From an uncultured Clostridia bacterium (GTDB lineage: Bacteria > Bacillota > Clostridia > Lachnospirales > CAG-274): DNA of 64,000 bases. This document shows, in pieces, positions 9,009 through 19,568 of the stretch (position 1 is the first letter of the stretch; each line of letters begins with the position of its first letter). The notes beneath the pieces were generated by a model that searched no databases, had not been told where the DNA came from, and saw only the letters and a program-made list of their open reading frames with translations. The translations under genes and the position numbers were made by a program. The stretch lies in the NCBI GenBank assembly GCA_947630725.1, contig CANRIS010000005.1:36887-100886 (forward strand). Direction: 5' to 3'.

Positions 9009-9851
9009 TCAGCCTTCCGATTTATTGGCTCTTTTCTTTTTTATAATCTCTATTTCATCGGCAGTAAAATAAGCTACATTTGCGTTGTCCTGTTCGTTTT
9101 CTCTTACGGCGGCTCTTATAATGCCTCTGAGGACGTTTACTGACAGAACCTCTCCCGTTCCTACAGACGTTTTTATAATATCGCCTTCCCTGGGCATATT
9201 TTTGTTAAGCTCCTTATATGTATCCTCCTCATATTTAAGGCAGCACATAAGGCTTCCGCAGTTGCCCGATATTTTTGTGGGATTAAGAGAAAGATTCTGA
9301 TCCTTTGCCATTTTGATTGATACGGGAGTAAAATCCCCTAAAAATGTAGAGCAGCACAGGCTCCTTCCGCAGCTGCCTATGCCGTTGAGAAGCTTTGCCT
9401 CGTCTCTTACGCCTATCTGTCTCAGCTCTATCCTTGTGTGGAATATAGACGCCAGATCCTTTACAAGCTCTCTGAAATCCACTCTGCCGTCAGCCGTAAA
9501 ATAGAATATTATTTTGCTTACGTCAAATGTATATTCCACGTTTATAAGCTTCATATCAAGGCCGTTTTTGGCTATGCAGTCAAGACATATGCCAAAGGCC
9601 TCTTTTTCCTTTTCCTTGTTGGCGTGATATATGGCAGTATCGTTTTCGTCAGCCACTCTTACTATTTTTTTGATGGGCTTTACAAGCTCGCTTTCATCTA
9701 TCAGCTTGTTGGGAATGACTACAAAACCGTATTCAACGCCCCTCACAGTTTCGACTATAACTCCCGTACCGGCGCAGAGCTGTTGTCCATCGGGGTCGAA
9801 ATAGTATATTTCTCCTGTTTTTTTAAACCTTATTCCTACTATGGTTATCAT
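9009..9851 (-). CDS. yaaT: PSP1-domain protein YaaT/RicT (stage 0 sporulation / RNase Y specificity factor)
   Basis: Starts MITIVGIRFKKTGEIYYFD. Cys-rich PSP1 C-terminal segment (GSCGRSLCCSTFL, GNCGSLMCCLKYE). Follows holB as in Bacillus. The ORF-track start at 9911 lacks homology, so I prefer the ATG at 9851. Confidence 0.85.
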   Translation of the reverse strand: MITIVGIRFKKTGEIYYFDPDGQQLCAGTGVIVETVRGVEYGFVVIPNKLIDESELVKPIKKIVRVADENDTAIYHANKEKEKEAFGICLDCIAKNGLDMKLINVEYTFDVSKIIFYFTADGRVDFRELVKDLASIFHTRIELRQIGVRDEAKLLNGIGSCGRSLCCSTFLGDFTPVSIKMAKDQNLSLNPTKISGNCGSLMCCLKYEEDTYKELNKNMPREGDIIKTSVGTGEVLSVNVLRGIIRAAVRENEQDNANVAYFTADEIEIIKKKRANKSEG

Positions 9852-9953
9852 CACAAAATTCACCTCACAGCACATAAACACTGTTTTTTTTACAGTATTC
9901 CAAAACGACAAAAAGATAAATGCAGGTTCTGAGGGCTGCCATAAGCAGCCGAC

Positions 9954-10946
9954 CTATTTGCTGTCGCTCCTTTTCATTTCAAAAAGCATCTGTTCGAGAC
10001 AGAGCTGTTTGTTTACATTCATTTCTATATTTGCCTTTGCGTCAGTCAGAGCCTTTTCGCCTCTCAGAAGTCTTTTAAGACTCATTTTTCGGCACAGATC
10101 CTCTATGACGCCTATATAATCCTTTTGTATGACGAGCTGTCTCCCTGCAGTTTTGCATATTATCAGATCTCTGTAAAACATATACATAAGCTCCAAAAGC
10201 TCGCCAAGTCTTTTTTCGACAGAGAGCATATCCTCCATAATGTCATAAAGCCCCATAAAGTCGCATTTCTCTGTTTTTTCGACTGCGCTTATGGCTTTTT
10301 CTCTCAGAACAAAAAAGTCCTCGTCCTCCGAAAGCTTAAGAGCCTGTCCCAGACTTCCGCCTGATGCGCCTGCTATAACGCCTGCCTCCGAGTCCTTGCA
10401 CGCTCCTCTTTTTTTAAGCTCCCTTTCTATAAGCTCCGTACTCAGAGGCGACAGCCTTAATAGAACGCACCTTGACAGAATTGTTTCAAGAAGGGCTTTA
10501 TAGTTTGTTGTAAGAATAATATATATTCCGTAGGAGGGCGGCTCCTCTATGGTTTTGAGGAGGGCGTTCTGAGCCTGTTCGGTCAGCTTATCCCCCTGTG
10601 TAATAACAAAAATCCTGTATTTTGACATATAGGGCTTTACGGACGATCTGTCGATTATTTCGTCTCTCACAACGTCCACACCTATGGTCTGTTTTTCGGA
10701 GGAAATAAAGAAAACATCGGGGCTGTCGCCGCTGTCGATACCCTTGCAGGAGGGGCATTTTCCGCAGGGGCGCACACCTTCTCCACGGCACTGCAAAGCC
10801 TTTGCGAATATTTTGGCAAGGGTTTTCTTGCCTGTTCCCAAGCTGCCGTCAAATATATATGCGTGGCTGATCCTTTGGGAATCTATCATATTCATAAGAC
10901 CCTTTACTACATTTTTGCTGCCCAGAAAATCATCGAAGCCGTTCAT
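9954..10946 (-). CDS. holB: DNA polymerase III subunit delta'
   Basis: HAYIFDGSLGTGKKTLAKIFAKALQC P-loop-like motif. Zn module CRGEGVRPCGKCPSCK. SRC motif (ILSRC). The ATG at 10946 lies 1 nt after the tmk stop. Confidence 0.85.
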   Translation of the reverse strand: MNGFDDFLGSKNVVKGLMNMIDSQRISHAYIFDGSLGTGKKTLAKIFAKALQCRGEGVRPCGKCPSCKGIDSGDSPDVFFISSEKQTIGVDVVRDEIIDRSSVKPYMSKYRIFVITQGDKLTEQAQNALLKTIEEPPSYGIYIILTTNYKALLETILSRCVLLRLSPLSTELIERELKKRGACKDSEAGVIAGASGGSLGQALKLSEDEDFFVLREKAISAVEKTEKCDFMGLYDIMEDMLSVEKRLGELLELMYMFYRDLIICKTAGRQLVIQKDYIGVIEDLCRKMSLKRLLRGEKALTDAKANIEMNVNKQLCLEQMLFEMKRSDSK

Positions 10947-10947
10947 A

Positions 10948-11580
10948 TCAAAGACCTCTCTCGGCAATAAACCTCTCTGCAAGCTCCTCTATTTCAGCTG
11001 CGATCTCATTTGGGGGTCTGTTTGCCTCGATTTTGATAATTCTTTCGTTTTCTCTTTCCGCAAGCTCCATAAAGCCGTTATATACCTTCCAGAAAAAATA
11101 TCCCTTTTGATTTTCCATTCTGTCAAGCTCTCCGTCACTGCGTTTTCTTTCTATTCCCTCAGAAGGTTCAAGGTGCAGAAAAAATGTAAGATCGGGCTTA
11201 AGCCCGCCTGTGGCAAAGCGGTTTATTTCTTCTATGGTGTCTATACCTAAGTTTCGCCCCACTCCCTGATATACCACAGAAGAATCCAAAAATCTGTCGC
11301 ATATGACTACGTTTCCCGCTTTCAGCGCAGGCAGTATTTTTTCTCCCACAAGCTGACATCTGGATGCGGCATAAAGCAGAGCCTCTGTCATATATTTCAT
11401 TTTGTAGTTTTCATTGTCAAGTATGATCTCCCGTATTTTTTCAGAAATATCGGTGCCTCCCGGCTCTCTGAAGCTTACGGCAGAAATACCCTTTTTTCTG
11501 AGACTGTCTAAAAGCAGGGCGGCCTGTGTAGACTTTCCCGCTCCATCGTTTCCCTCAAAGCTGATAAATAATCCCGACAT
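10948..11580 (-). CDS. tmk: thymidylate kinase
   Basis: FISFEGNDGAGKSTQ P-loop, DRF motif (CDRFLDSSVVYQG), about 210 aa. Confidence 0.95.
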   Translation of the reverse strand: MSGLFISFEGNDGAGKSTQAALLLDSLRKKGISAVSFREPGGTDISEKIREIILDNENYKMKYMTEALLYAASRCQLVGEKILPALKAGNVVICDRFLDSSVVYQGVGRNLGIDTIEEINRFATGGLKPDLTFFLHLEPSEGIERKRSDGELDRMENQKGYFFWKVYNGFMELAERENERIIKIEANRPPNEIAAEIEELAERFIAERGL

Positions 11581-11622
11581 ATTTTTACGTTTCCTCTTAT
11601 AAATATTATAAACAAATGATTT

Positions 11623-12090
11623 TTAAGGTATTTTGCACACGTCTACCCATTTTATATATCCCGAATAGCTTTCAAGCTCTTTTATGCTAAGCTCTATGGC
11701 AGAATTTGAGCTGCCGCAGGCAGGAAAAACCGTATCGAACCTTTCAAGAGAGCGGTCGAGATATACCTCTGCGCTTTCGTTTACGGCAAAGGGGCATACT
11801 CCTCCGACAGCGTGACCCGTCAGAGCCTCGGCCTCGTCATATTTAAGCATTTTGGCCTTTGTGCCGAACTCCTCTTTATATTTATGGTTGTCTATTTTTG
11901 CGTCTCCTGCGGTCACCACGAGGATCACCCTGTCTCCTGCGTGAAAGGACAGCGTCTTTGCGATCCTTTCGCCGGGGCAGCCGAGAGCTTTTGCGGCAAG
12001 CTCTACCGTAGCGCTCGACACGTCAAATTCTCTTATTCTGTCCTCGATGCCCAAGCCTCTGAAATATTCTCTGACTTTTTCTATAGACAT
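11623..12090 (-). CDS. YbaK/EbsC-family aminoacyl-tRNA (Cys-tRNA-Pro type) deacylase
   Basis: About 155 aa. YbaK-domain pattern (KTLSFHAGDRVILVVTAGDAKIDNHK ... HAVGGVCPF). Confidence 0.7.
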   Translation of the reverse strand: MSIEKVREYFRGLGIEDRIREFDVSSATVELAAKALGCPGERIAKTLSFHAGDRVILVVTAGDAKIDNHKYKEEFGTKAKMLKYDEAEALTGHAVGGVCPFAVNESAEVYLDRSLERFDTVFPACGSSNSAIELSIKELESYSGYIKWVDVCKIP

Positions 12091-12426
12091 AAATTTATCC
12101 TCCGCAAATATTATGACCGACAGCCGTATTTTTGCCTGTGCAGACTCTGCCCTGTTGGGTACTTTTTGTGTACTGCTTTATACGGGACTTGTGCCCGCAG
12201 AGATATTTTGCGGCCAATCGGTTGTGAGGGCGCTGTGTGAGCGCAGTTATCCCCGATAAGGATTATACACCAAAAACAGCTTGTTTTCAAGCTTATTATA
12301 AAAATAATATAAAGAGCTTATTTATAGTTGATTTTAAGCCGTAAAAAAGAATAAGCATTATTTGTCGGAACAAGCACAAATTCTTTAAAAAATCATAGAT
12401 TATAGAATAAGGCTTTAAGGAAGTGT

Positions 12427-13077
12427 GTGTGCTTGCAGAACTTTTATTCCTCGGGTACATTTCCGCCCACACTGTCAGCCGAAGAAGAGGAGAGATATAT
12501 CGAAGAAATGCAGAACGGATCCTCCGAGGCGAGAAATGCTCTTATAGAGCACAATCTCCGTCTTGTGGCTCACATAACAAAAAAATATCCCAACTACAGA
12601 AGGGAGACCGAGGATCTTATATCAATAGGTACTATCGGACTTATAAAGGCGGTAAACACATTTACGCCCGAAAAAAAGGTGAGGCTTGCCACATATGCCG
12701 CAAGGTGTATTGAAAACGAAATACTTATGTATATACGCCAAAGCAAAAAGCACCATACGGACTGTTCACTACAGGATACAGTGGGCTTTGACAAGGACGG
12801 CAGCGAGATAGCCCTTCAGGACAGAATAGCCGATGTCGGCAGGAGCATAGACGAAGAGGTTGAAACAAAGCTTGAGATAATAAATATAATGGAAAAAATG
12901 AGCAAAAACCTTACTGAAAGAGAAAAGCAGATATTAAAGCTGCGGTACGGGCTTACGGGGGCGAAGGAGCTGACCCAGAGAGAAATAGCAAAAATATTGG
13001 GGATCAGCCGAAGCTATGTAAGCCGTATAGAAAAAAAGGCTCTCTCAAAGCTGGGAGAGAATGAAGAAAATAAATAG
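12427..13077 (+). CDS. sigK: sporulation sigma factor, sigma-K type (sigma-70 family, group 3)
   Basis: FPPTLSAEEEERYI, NLRLVAHITKKY, DLISIGTIGLIKAVNTF, ATYAARCIENEILMYIR and ISRSYVSRIEKKAL. The LVAHI, YAARC and SYVSRIEKKAL variants favour sigma-K over sigma-E. GTG start, or possibly TTG at 12433. Confidence 0.7.
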   Translation: MCLQNFYSSGTFPPTLSAEEEERYIEEMQNGSSEARNALIEHNLRLVAHITKKYPNYRRETEDLISIGTIGLIKAVNTFTPEKKVRLATYAARCIENEILMYIRQSKKHHTDCSLQDTVGFDKDGSEIALQDRIADVGRSIDEEVETKLEIINIMEKMSKNLTEREKQILKLRYGLTGAKELTQREIAKILGISRSYVSRIEKKALSKLGENEENK

Positions 13078-13165
13078 TTTCCATCGGGCTTTTGCCCACT
13101 ACATATAACCAATATTCCGGACGGCAAAAACAGCGGTCTTTTTTTATTGCCCGAAATTTTAAAAT

Positions 13166-13200
13166 AAAAAATCGGCAGCATAGGACACCGCCGATTTTTA
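13166..13200. terminator. bidirectional intrinsic terminator (sigK / glgP convergent)
   Basis: AAAAAATCGGC ... GCCGATTTTTA, a stem flanked by an A-run and a T-run. Confidence 0.6.
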
Positions 13201-13233
13201 TAAAACTTTTTTAAACTGTTTTATTTGTGTTTT

Positions 13234-15708
13234 TTACTCTGCTCCGGGGATATGACGGGGCTGAAGCTCAACGTGAACGGGCTTAAGGTTCCAGATTTCG
13301 TCTGCGTACTGCTTTATTGTACGGTCGGACGAGAACTTTCCGCTCTTGGCAGTATTGAGTATAGCCATCTTTGCCCAATGCTCCTTATCCTTGTATGCCT
13401 TGTCTATTTTAAGCTGAGTTTCCTTATATGCGGCAAAGTCCTTAAGAACAAGATATTCGTCGGGGCGTGCGCCGTTTACGCCGTTCAAGAGAGAATTGTA
13501 TATTTCTCTGAAAAGCTCTGTGTTTTCGTTGAGGGTGCCGTTTACGAGGGCGTTCATAACGACTCTGACATCTCCGTCAATGTTGTATACATCCCATGGG
13601 TTGTAGTTGTTCTTGTTATAAATGTCAATTACCTCGTTGGCTGTGAGGCCGAATATAAATATATTGTCCTCTCCCACTTCTTCAAGCATTTCTACGTTTG
13701 CGCCGTCAAGAGTACCTATGGTGAGGGCTCCGTTAAGCATAAACTTCATATTTCCCGTACCGGAGGCTTCTTTTGATGCCGTGGAGATCTGCTCCGAAAC
13801 GTCTGCCGCAGGTATGAGCTTTTCGGCGAGGGATACTCTGTAGTTTTCGGCAAATACGACCTTTATCTTGCCGTTGATGGCGGGGTCGTTGTTTACCGTG
13901 TCGGCAACCGTGTTTATAAGCTTTATTATAAGCTTTGCTCTGTGATAGCCTGCCGCCGACTTTGCCCCGAATATAAATGTTCTGGGAACCATATCAACAG
14001 TGGGATTTGTCTTTATTTCGTTATAAAGGTAGATTATATGGAGAATATTCAAAAGCTGGCGCTTATATTCGTGAAGTCTCTTTACCTGTATATCGAATAT
14101 AGAATCGGGGTCAATGTCAACGCCATTCGTCTCTTTGAGATATGCTGCAAGCTTAACCTTGTTTTTGCGCTTTATATCCATAAACTTTGAGCGGAAGATC
14201 GGGTCATCGGCATAGGGAACAAGCTTTTCAAGCTCGGATAAGTCTCTGTACCAGCCATCGCCTATTGTTTCGGTTATGAGAGCTGCAAGGTCGGGGTTTG
14301 CGTGGCCGAGCCATCTTCTCTGGGTGATGCCGTTTGTCTTGTTGTTGAACTTTTCGGGATATATGTCATAAAAGTCCCTAAGCTCCTGCTTTTTGAGTAT
14401 TTCGGTATGGAGGGCTGCTACGCCGTTTACCGAATGGGAGCCCACAATGGCGAGCCATGCCATTCTGATCTGACCGTCAGCCACAACAGCCATTTTTCTT
14501 ATTTTTTCTGCGTTGTTTCCAAATTTTTCTATAAGAGATGCGCAGAAACGCTTGTTGATTTCTTCAACTATCATATAAATTCTGGGCAGGAGACGTGAGA
14601 AAAGATCCATAGGCCACTTTTCAAGAGCCTCTGACATTATCGTATGGTTTGTATATGCGCAGGTCTTTTTTGTTATTTCCCAAGCCTGATCCCACGGAAC
14701 ATCGTTTTCGTCTATAAGTACACGCATAAGCTCGGCAACGGTAACGGCAGGGTGGGTGTCGTTAAGCTGAAAGGCTATTCTTTCGGGTATACGGTTCAAG
14801 TCTGAGCAGTTTTCTTTAAAGCGGTTGATGGTACGCTGAACGGTAGCCGAAACAAAGAAATACTGCTGCTTAAGGCGCAGCTCCTTGCCTTCGATATGGT
14901 CATCGGCAGGATAAAGCACCTCTGTAAGGGTTTTTGCGAGGTTTTCTTCTGCGTGAGCCTTCTGATAGTCTCCTGCATTGTATGCGCGCAGGTCAAAGCG
15001 GTTGAGAGCTTCTGCGTCCCAGAGTCTTAAGGTGTTTACCGTATTGTTGTCATAGCCGACTACGGGATAGTCGTAGGGAACGGCAAGTACGGACTGATAG
15101 TTTTCCTGTATGAACTTTACGTTTCCGTCAGGCTGGGGAATAGCCTTTACGCTGCCGCCGAACTTGACCTCTACGGCGTTTTCGGGTCTTCTTACGCCCC
15201 AATAGTCGCCGTCCTTCAGCCAGTTGTCGGGATATTCTACCTGATAGCCGTTTTCTATCTTCTGTTCAAATATACCGTAGTGGTATCTTATGCCGCAGCC
15301 GTAGGCGGGCAGCTCGAGAGTTGAAAGAGAGTCGAGAAAACAGGCTGCCAGACGTCCGAGACCGCCGTTTCCCAGTCCGGGATCTCTTTCTGCGTCTTCA
15401 AGCAGATTATAGTCGATATTGAGCTCCTCAAGAACCTCTTTTACCGTGGTGGTAAGTCCCATATTGAGGATGGCGTTGCCGAGGAAACGTCCCATAAGAA
15501 ATTCCATCGAGAGATAATAGACGATCTTGCAGCCTGTTTCGTCATATGCGTCATGGGTAGCGATCCACTTGTCGGTAACGTAGTCTCTGATCGTAAAAAC
15601 AAGAGCGTCATATATCTGCTTCGGAGAAGCTTTGTCAATGGTTTTTCTCGAGAGAGTCTTTACATTTTCTTTTAACTGAGCTTTAAAGATTTTCTTATTG
15701 ATTTCCAT
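13234..15708 (-). CDS. glgP: glycogen/maltodextrin phosphorylase
   Basis: 824 aa. Pyridoxal-phosphate Lys motif EASGTGNMKFMLNGALTIGTLDGANVE. N-terminal GLGNGGLGRLAACFLDS. Confidence 0.95.
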   Translation of the reverse strand: MEINKKIFKAQLKENVKTLSRKTIDKASPKQIYDALVFTIRDYVTDKWIATHDAYDETGCKIVYYLSMEFLMGRFLGNAILNMGLTTTVKEVLEELNIDYNLLEDAERDPGLGNGGLGRLAACFLDSLSTLELPAYGCGIRYHYGIFEQKIENGYQVEYPDNWLKDGDYWGVRRPENAVEVKFGGSVKAIPQPDGNVKFIQENYQSVLAVPYDYPVVGYDNNTVNTLRLWDAEALNRFDLRAYNAGDYQKAHAEENLAKTLTEVLYPADDHIEGKELRLKQQYFFVSATVQRTINRFKENCSDLNRIPERIAFQLNDTHPAVTVAELMRVLIDENDVPWDQAWEITKKTCAYTNHTIMSEALEKWPMDLFSRLLPRIYMIVEEINKRFCASLIEKFGNNAEKIRKMAVVADGQIRMAWLAIVGSHSVNGVAALHTEILKKQELRDFYDIYPEKFNNKTNGITQRRWLGHANPDLAALITETIGDGWYRDLSELEKLVPYADDPIFRSKFMDIKRKNKVKLAAYLKETNGVDIDPDSIFDIQVKRLHEYKRQLLNILHIIYLYNEIKTNPTVDMVPRTFIFGAKSAAGYHRAKLIIKLINTVADTVNNDPAINGKIKVVFAENYRVSLAEKLIPAADVSEQISTASKEASGTGNMKFMLNGALTIGTLDGANVEMLEEVGEDNIFIFGLTANEVIDIYNKNNYNPWDVYNIDGDVRVVMNALVNGTLNENTELFREIYNSLLNGVNGARPDEYLVLKDFAAYKETQLKIDKAYKDKEHWAKMAILNTAKSGKFSSDRTIKQYADEIWNLKPVHVELQPRHIPGAE

Positions 15709-15798
15709 GGTTTATAAATTCTCCTTAATTATTATTGGCTTAAGACAAAAGTATAGGGCAGGCTTCGGGCAGGCTTATACCTGCCGTCAGGGTCAGCG

Positions 15799-16869
15799 TC
15801 AGGCTGAGGACGCCGCCAGCTTTTCGCTTCTGTCTGCTGTTGTAAGGTTGTCTATGATTTCATCCAGCTCGCCGCCCATAATGCGGTCAAGACTGTGGAT
15901 GGTAAGACCTATTCTATGGTCGGTCACTCTGTTTTGGGGATAGTTGTAGGTGCGTATTTTTTCGTTCCTCATACCTTTTCCCACCTGAGAGCGCCGTTCT
16001 TCGGCTATTTCGGACTGCTTTTTTTCTTCTTCAAGCTTATACAGCTTGCTCATAAGTATTTTCATAGCCTTTTCTTTGTTTTGTCTCTGACTTTTTTCGT
16101 CCTGACACGAAATGACTATGCCCGTGGGGTGGTGGGTCAGTCTGACTGCCGAGTCGGTGGTGTTTACACATTGGCCGCCGTTTCCCGATGCTCTGAAAAC
16201 ATCAAAGTGATAATCCTTGGGGTCGAGCTTTACAGATGTTTCTTCGGCTTCGGGCAGCACAGCCACAGTGACCGTGGAGGTGTGGATCCTTCCTCCCGAT
16301 TCGGTTTCGGGCACTCTCTGCACTCTGTGGACGCCGCTTTCAAACTTAAGTCTCGAATAGGCTCCGTCTCCCTTTACCATAAAGGTTATCTCCTTAAAGC
16401 CTCCCATATCCCCGGGGTTGGTGTTCATAATATCAGTTGAATAGCCCATTTTTTCGGAATACTTTGAGTACATTCTGAAAAGATCGCCTGCAAATATGTT
16501 TGCCTCATCGCCGCCTGCACCGCCTCTTATTTCAACGATGACATTTTTTTCGTCATTCGGATCCCGAGGGATAAGCAGCAGCTTAAGCTCTTCCGAAACG
16601 TGGGAGAGCTTTTCGGTATTTTCGGACAGCTCGGCCTTTGCAAGCTCACGAAAATCATCGTCAAGCTTTTCGGCAAGCATTTCCTTTGCATCGTCAATAT
16701 TCTTTTTTGTGTCTTTGTATTCTCTGTATTTGCAGACAATGGGTTCAAGCTTTTTATGCTCCTTCATAAGGCTCTGCCAAAGGCTGTTGTCCGATATTAT
16801 ATCGGGATCGCCTATTTTGAGCTGAAGCTCCTCGTATTTTTTTTCAATGTCGGCAAGATTTTCAAACAT
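15799..16869 (-). CDS. prfA: peptide chain release factor 1
   Basis: GGQ motif ([19 protein letters not shown]) and PET tripeptide ([16 protein letters not shown]). Preferred start is [15 protein letters not shown] at 16869. The ORF-track extension to 16950 has no RF1 similarity. Confidence 0.95.
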   Translation of the reverse strand: MFENLADIEKKYEELQLKIGDPDIISDNSLWQSLMKEHKKLEPIVCKYREYKDTKKNIDDAKEMLAEKLDDDFRELAKAELSENTEKLSHVSEELKLLLIPRDPNDEKNVIVEIRGGAGGDEANIFAGDLFRMYSKYSEKMGYSTDIMNTNPGDMGGFKEITFMVKGDGAYSRLKFESGVHRVQRVPETESGGRIHTSTVTVAVLPEAEETSVKLDPKDYHFDVFRASGNGGQCVNTTDSAVRLTHHPTGIVISCQDEKSQRQNKEKAMKILMSKLYKLEEEKKQSEIAEERRSQVGKGMRNEKIRTYNYPQNRVTDHRIGLTIHSLDRIMGGELDEIIDNLTTADRSEKLAASSA

Positions 16870-17009
16870 ACTTATATCACCTGACGGAATAAGCGGACTA
16901 CTATACCCAAAAATATCTGCGCAGCCGAAGTTCTGCGGCATAGTCTCCATCGCATTTTAATATTTGTGAAGATACCGAGGGGAATATATTTAAAGCTTAT
17001 GCGGGGCGC

Positions 17010-17879
17010 TTATTTATATCCCATAACCACTCTGTCAAGACCTGCAAGATCCTTAAATATTTCTATATCCCTATAGCCTGCGCCGCTCATAAGCTCTCTG
17101 ACGGCTTCGCCCTCGTCATAGCCTGTTTCAAAGGCCAGAAGTCCGTTTTTGTTTATATGGGAAGCTGCGGCATTTATTATTTCTCTGTAGAAGAAAAGGC
17201 CGTCCTTTCCTCCGTCAAGAGCCGACAGGGGTTCATAATTTTTTACATCCTTTTCAAGAAAGGGTATGTCGTCCGATCTTATATAAGGGGGATTCGATAC
17301 TATAAAATCAAAGCTTTCCCGTATATTTTCAAAAAGATCGCTGTGTACAAGGCGGACGTTTGCTTTGTGATCCCTTACATTCTGATCCGCAATAAGCAGA
17401 GCCCTTTCGCTTATGTCGGAGGCGGTCATTTCGAGATCGGGGTCATAGTGGCAGAGACTTATGGCGATGGCTCCGCTGCCGCAGCCCATATCAAGACCCT
17501 TGCGATAACCCCTGCTTTTTGCTGCCTCCAAGACCTTTTCTGTCAGAAGCTCTGTTTCGGGTCGGGGAATGAGGGTAGACTCCTGCACTTTTATGCTTAG
17601 CCCCATAAAATCGGCTTTTCCCAGAAGATAAGCCATGGGGCAGCCCTCATACCGCTTAAGCGTCCAGTATTCTATCTTTCTCATTTCGTTGTCATCGGGT
17701 ATATAGTCGTCCTTCGTATAAAGCTCCGTTCTTGAAAAACCGAGCCACCTCATAAGTATAAGAGATGCGTCCAAAACAGGGGTAGAGCTGTGGCTCTCTC
17801 TGAGCTTTGACGATATGCTCTGCATAAGCTCCCTTACGTTTTTGTTGTTTTTATTTTTCAGGTTCATCTTCCAAAACAC
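17010..17879 (-). CDS. prmC: release factor glutamine N5-methyltransferase
   Basis: SAM motif LDMGCGSGAIA and catalytic VSNPPYI. Lies immediately upstream of prfA. Confidence 0.9.
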   Translation of the reverse strand: MFWKMNLKNKNNKNVRELMQSISSKLRESHSSTPVLDASLILMRWLGFSRTELYTKDDYIPDDNEMRKIEYWTLKRYEGCPMAYLLGKADFMGLSIKVQESTLIPRPETELLTEKVLEAAKSRGYRKGLDMGCGSGAIAISLCHYDPDLEMTASDISERALLIADQNVRDHKANVRLVHSDLFENIRESFDFIVSNPPYIRSDDIPFLEKDVKNYEPLSALDGGKDGLFFYREIINAAASHINKNGLLAFETGYDEGEAVRELMSGAGYRDIEIFKDLAGLDRVVMGYK

Positions 17880-18819
17880 CCTTAAGGCTTGCTATAGCCA
17901 CTTCTATCATTTCATCATCGGGCTCCTTTGTCGTAACAAGCTGCAGAGCCTTTCCCGGGGCGGAAACTATATCTACAATAATGTTGTCGTTTCTTCCCGC
18001 CCACTTTATTACCTCATAGGACAAGCCTGCAACGATGGGTACGAATATTATTCTTGAAAGTATTCTGTAAATTACAACATCCGTTCTCAGAAACAGGAAC
18101 ACAATCATACTTATTATCATAACGAGAAACAGAAAGCTTGTGCCGCAGCGCTTATGGAGCCTTGTATATTGTCTTACGTTTTCAACGGTAAGCTCCTCGC
18201 CGCTTTCAAAGCAGTTTATTGTCTTATGCTCTGCGCCGTGATATTTATACAGTCTTTTTATATCCTTCAGAAACGATGTCAGAAAAATATAGAAAAGGAA
18301 GATGGCTATGCGAACAAAACCCTCTATTATGCTTAATGCCCATGTGTCGGCCTTGACTATTTTGTTTACTCCCGAGCTTACCACAACGGGCAGCACCATA
18401 AAAAGTCCTATGGAGAGAATCAGAGACACAACGACAGATATAAAGAGTATTATGGATGTGAGCTTGTCTCCGAGCTTGTCGATAAGCCATTTTTCGATTT
18501 TTCCCGGCTCCTCATCGGTTTCTTCGGTTATATCCTCAAGACCTGCCATTTCTGCCGAACGGGTGATGACCTTTATGCCTGTGGCGAGACTGTCCACGAA
18601 AGCGACCATACCTCTTATAATAGGGAGTCTCAGAATTATATTTTTTTCTTCGGGGGGCTTTATCTTTGTTTTTTCTATTTTTATATTTTTGTTTTCAATA
18701 TCTCTGACGGCGAGAACATATTCGGTTCTGCCCCTCATCATAACTCCCTCAACGATTGCCTGCCCTCCTATGCCCTTTCCGCATTTGGAGCCGCAGGGTT
18801 TTTTATATTTTGCTCCCAT
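17851..18819 (-). CDS. DUF1385-family membrane protein (YqhQ-like)
   Basis: GGQAIVEGVMMRG N-terminal motif, YHGAEHKTINCFE, and several TM helices. Typical partner upstream of prmC-prfA in Clostridia. Start taken at MGAKYKK. Confidence 0.8.
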   Translation of the reverse strand: MGAKYKKPCGSKCGKGIGGQAIVEGVMMRGRTEYVLAVRDIENKNIKIEKTKIKPPEEKNIILRLPIIRGMVAFVDSLATGIKVITRSAEMAGLEDITEETDEEPGKIEKWLIDKLGDKLTSIILFISVVVSLILSIGLFMVLPVVVSSGVNKIVKADTWALSIIEGFVRIAIFLFYIFLTSFLKDIKRLYKYHGAEHKTINCFESGEELTVENVRQYTRLHKRCGTSFLFLVMIISMIVFLFLRTDVVIYRILSRIIFVPIVAGLSYEVIKWAGRNDNIIVDIVSAPGKALQLVTTKEPDDEMIEVAIASLKGVLEDEPEK

Positions 18820-18961
18820 AATAAAATCACCTTTTTTGAAAATCCATATTCTTTTGAACATATCTTCGCAAATAACTATTATAGCATTTTTTTATCTGTC
18901 AATGATAATGAAATTTTATGATTAATTTTGAAATATATGTACAATTTAGCCAAATATGAGA

Positions 18962-19537
18962 CTATCGGGGAATGAGAGAGGGCTTGTTTTCAAGTATTTC
19001 GCACAGCCTTGAAAATTCTTCGGGCTCTATACAATAGCCCTTGTCTTTTTCGGAGAGCTTTTTCATAACAAAGTCGCAGTCCATCCACACGACCGACTCT
19101 ATTTCTTCGGTCTGAAGAGTCAGCTTGTTTTCGTCTATGCTTCTTTTAAGAAGATATACGTTGGTTATACGGTTTTCTATGAAATTTTTTCCATAGAAAA
19201 AGCCCTCTCTGTGTATCCTTATTCTGAAAAGATATTCAAGCTCCTCTTTGGCTGCATTAAGCCCCAGCTCCTCCTTAAGCTCTCTTACGGCGCTTTCCGA
19301 AAAGGTGCCGCCTGCCTCCATATGACCTGCGGAAGACGTATCGAAACACCCCGGAAAGGAGTCTTTGTTTTTGCTGCGTTTTTGCAGAAGCACCTGTATT
19401 TTTTCTGTTTCGGGGGAGATCCTCGCTATCCATACATGAGAGGTGCCGTGCAGATCGCCGTCTGTATGGACTGTGGTTCTTTCTTTTATTATGCCCGTTT
19501 TTTCTCCTTTTTCGTTGAGTATATCTAAATATTCCAT
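18962..19537 (-). CDS. NUDIX hydrolase
   Basis: Nudix box AGHMEAGGTFSESAVRELKEELGL. About 190 aa. Confidence 0.8.
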   Translation of the reverse strand: MEYLDILNEKGEKTGIIKERTTVHTDGDLHGTSHVWIARISPETEKIQVLLQKRSKNKDSFPGCFDTSSAGHMEAGGTFSESAVRELKEELGLNAAKEELEYLFRIRIHREGFFYGKNFIENRITNVYLLKRSIDENKLTLQTEEIESVVWMDCDFVMKKLSEKDKGYCIEPEEFSRLCEILENKPSLIPR

Positions 19538-19568
19538 ATCCTATACCTCTACATATACATAGTTTTTT

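Noticed and set aside
12091-12300. T-box or other leader upstream of the ybaK-like deacylase gene. On the minus strand there is a TATAAT box, then about 170 nt with several hairpins.
   Set aside because: No T-box sequence (GGTGGTACCGCG-like), AG bulge or specifier-loop features were recognisable. The hairpins alone are insufficient evidence.
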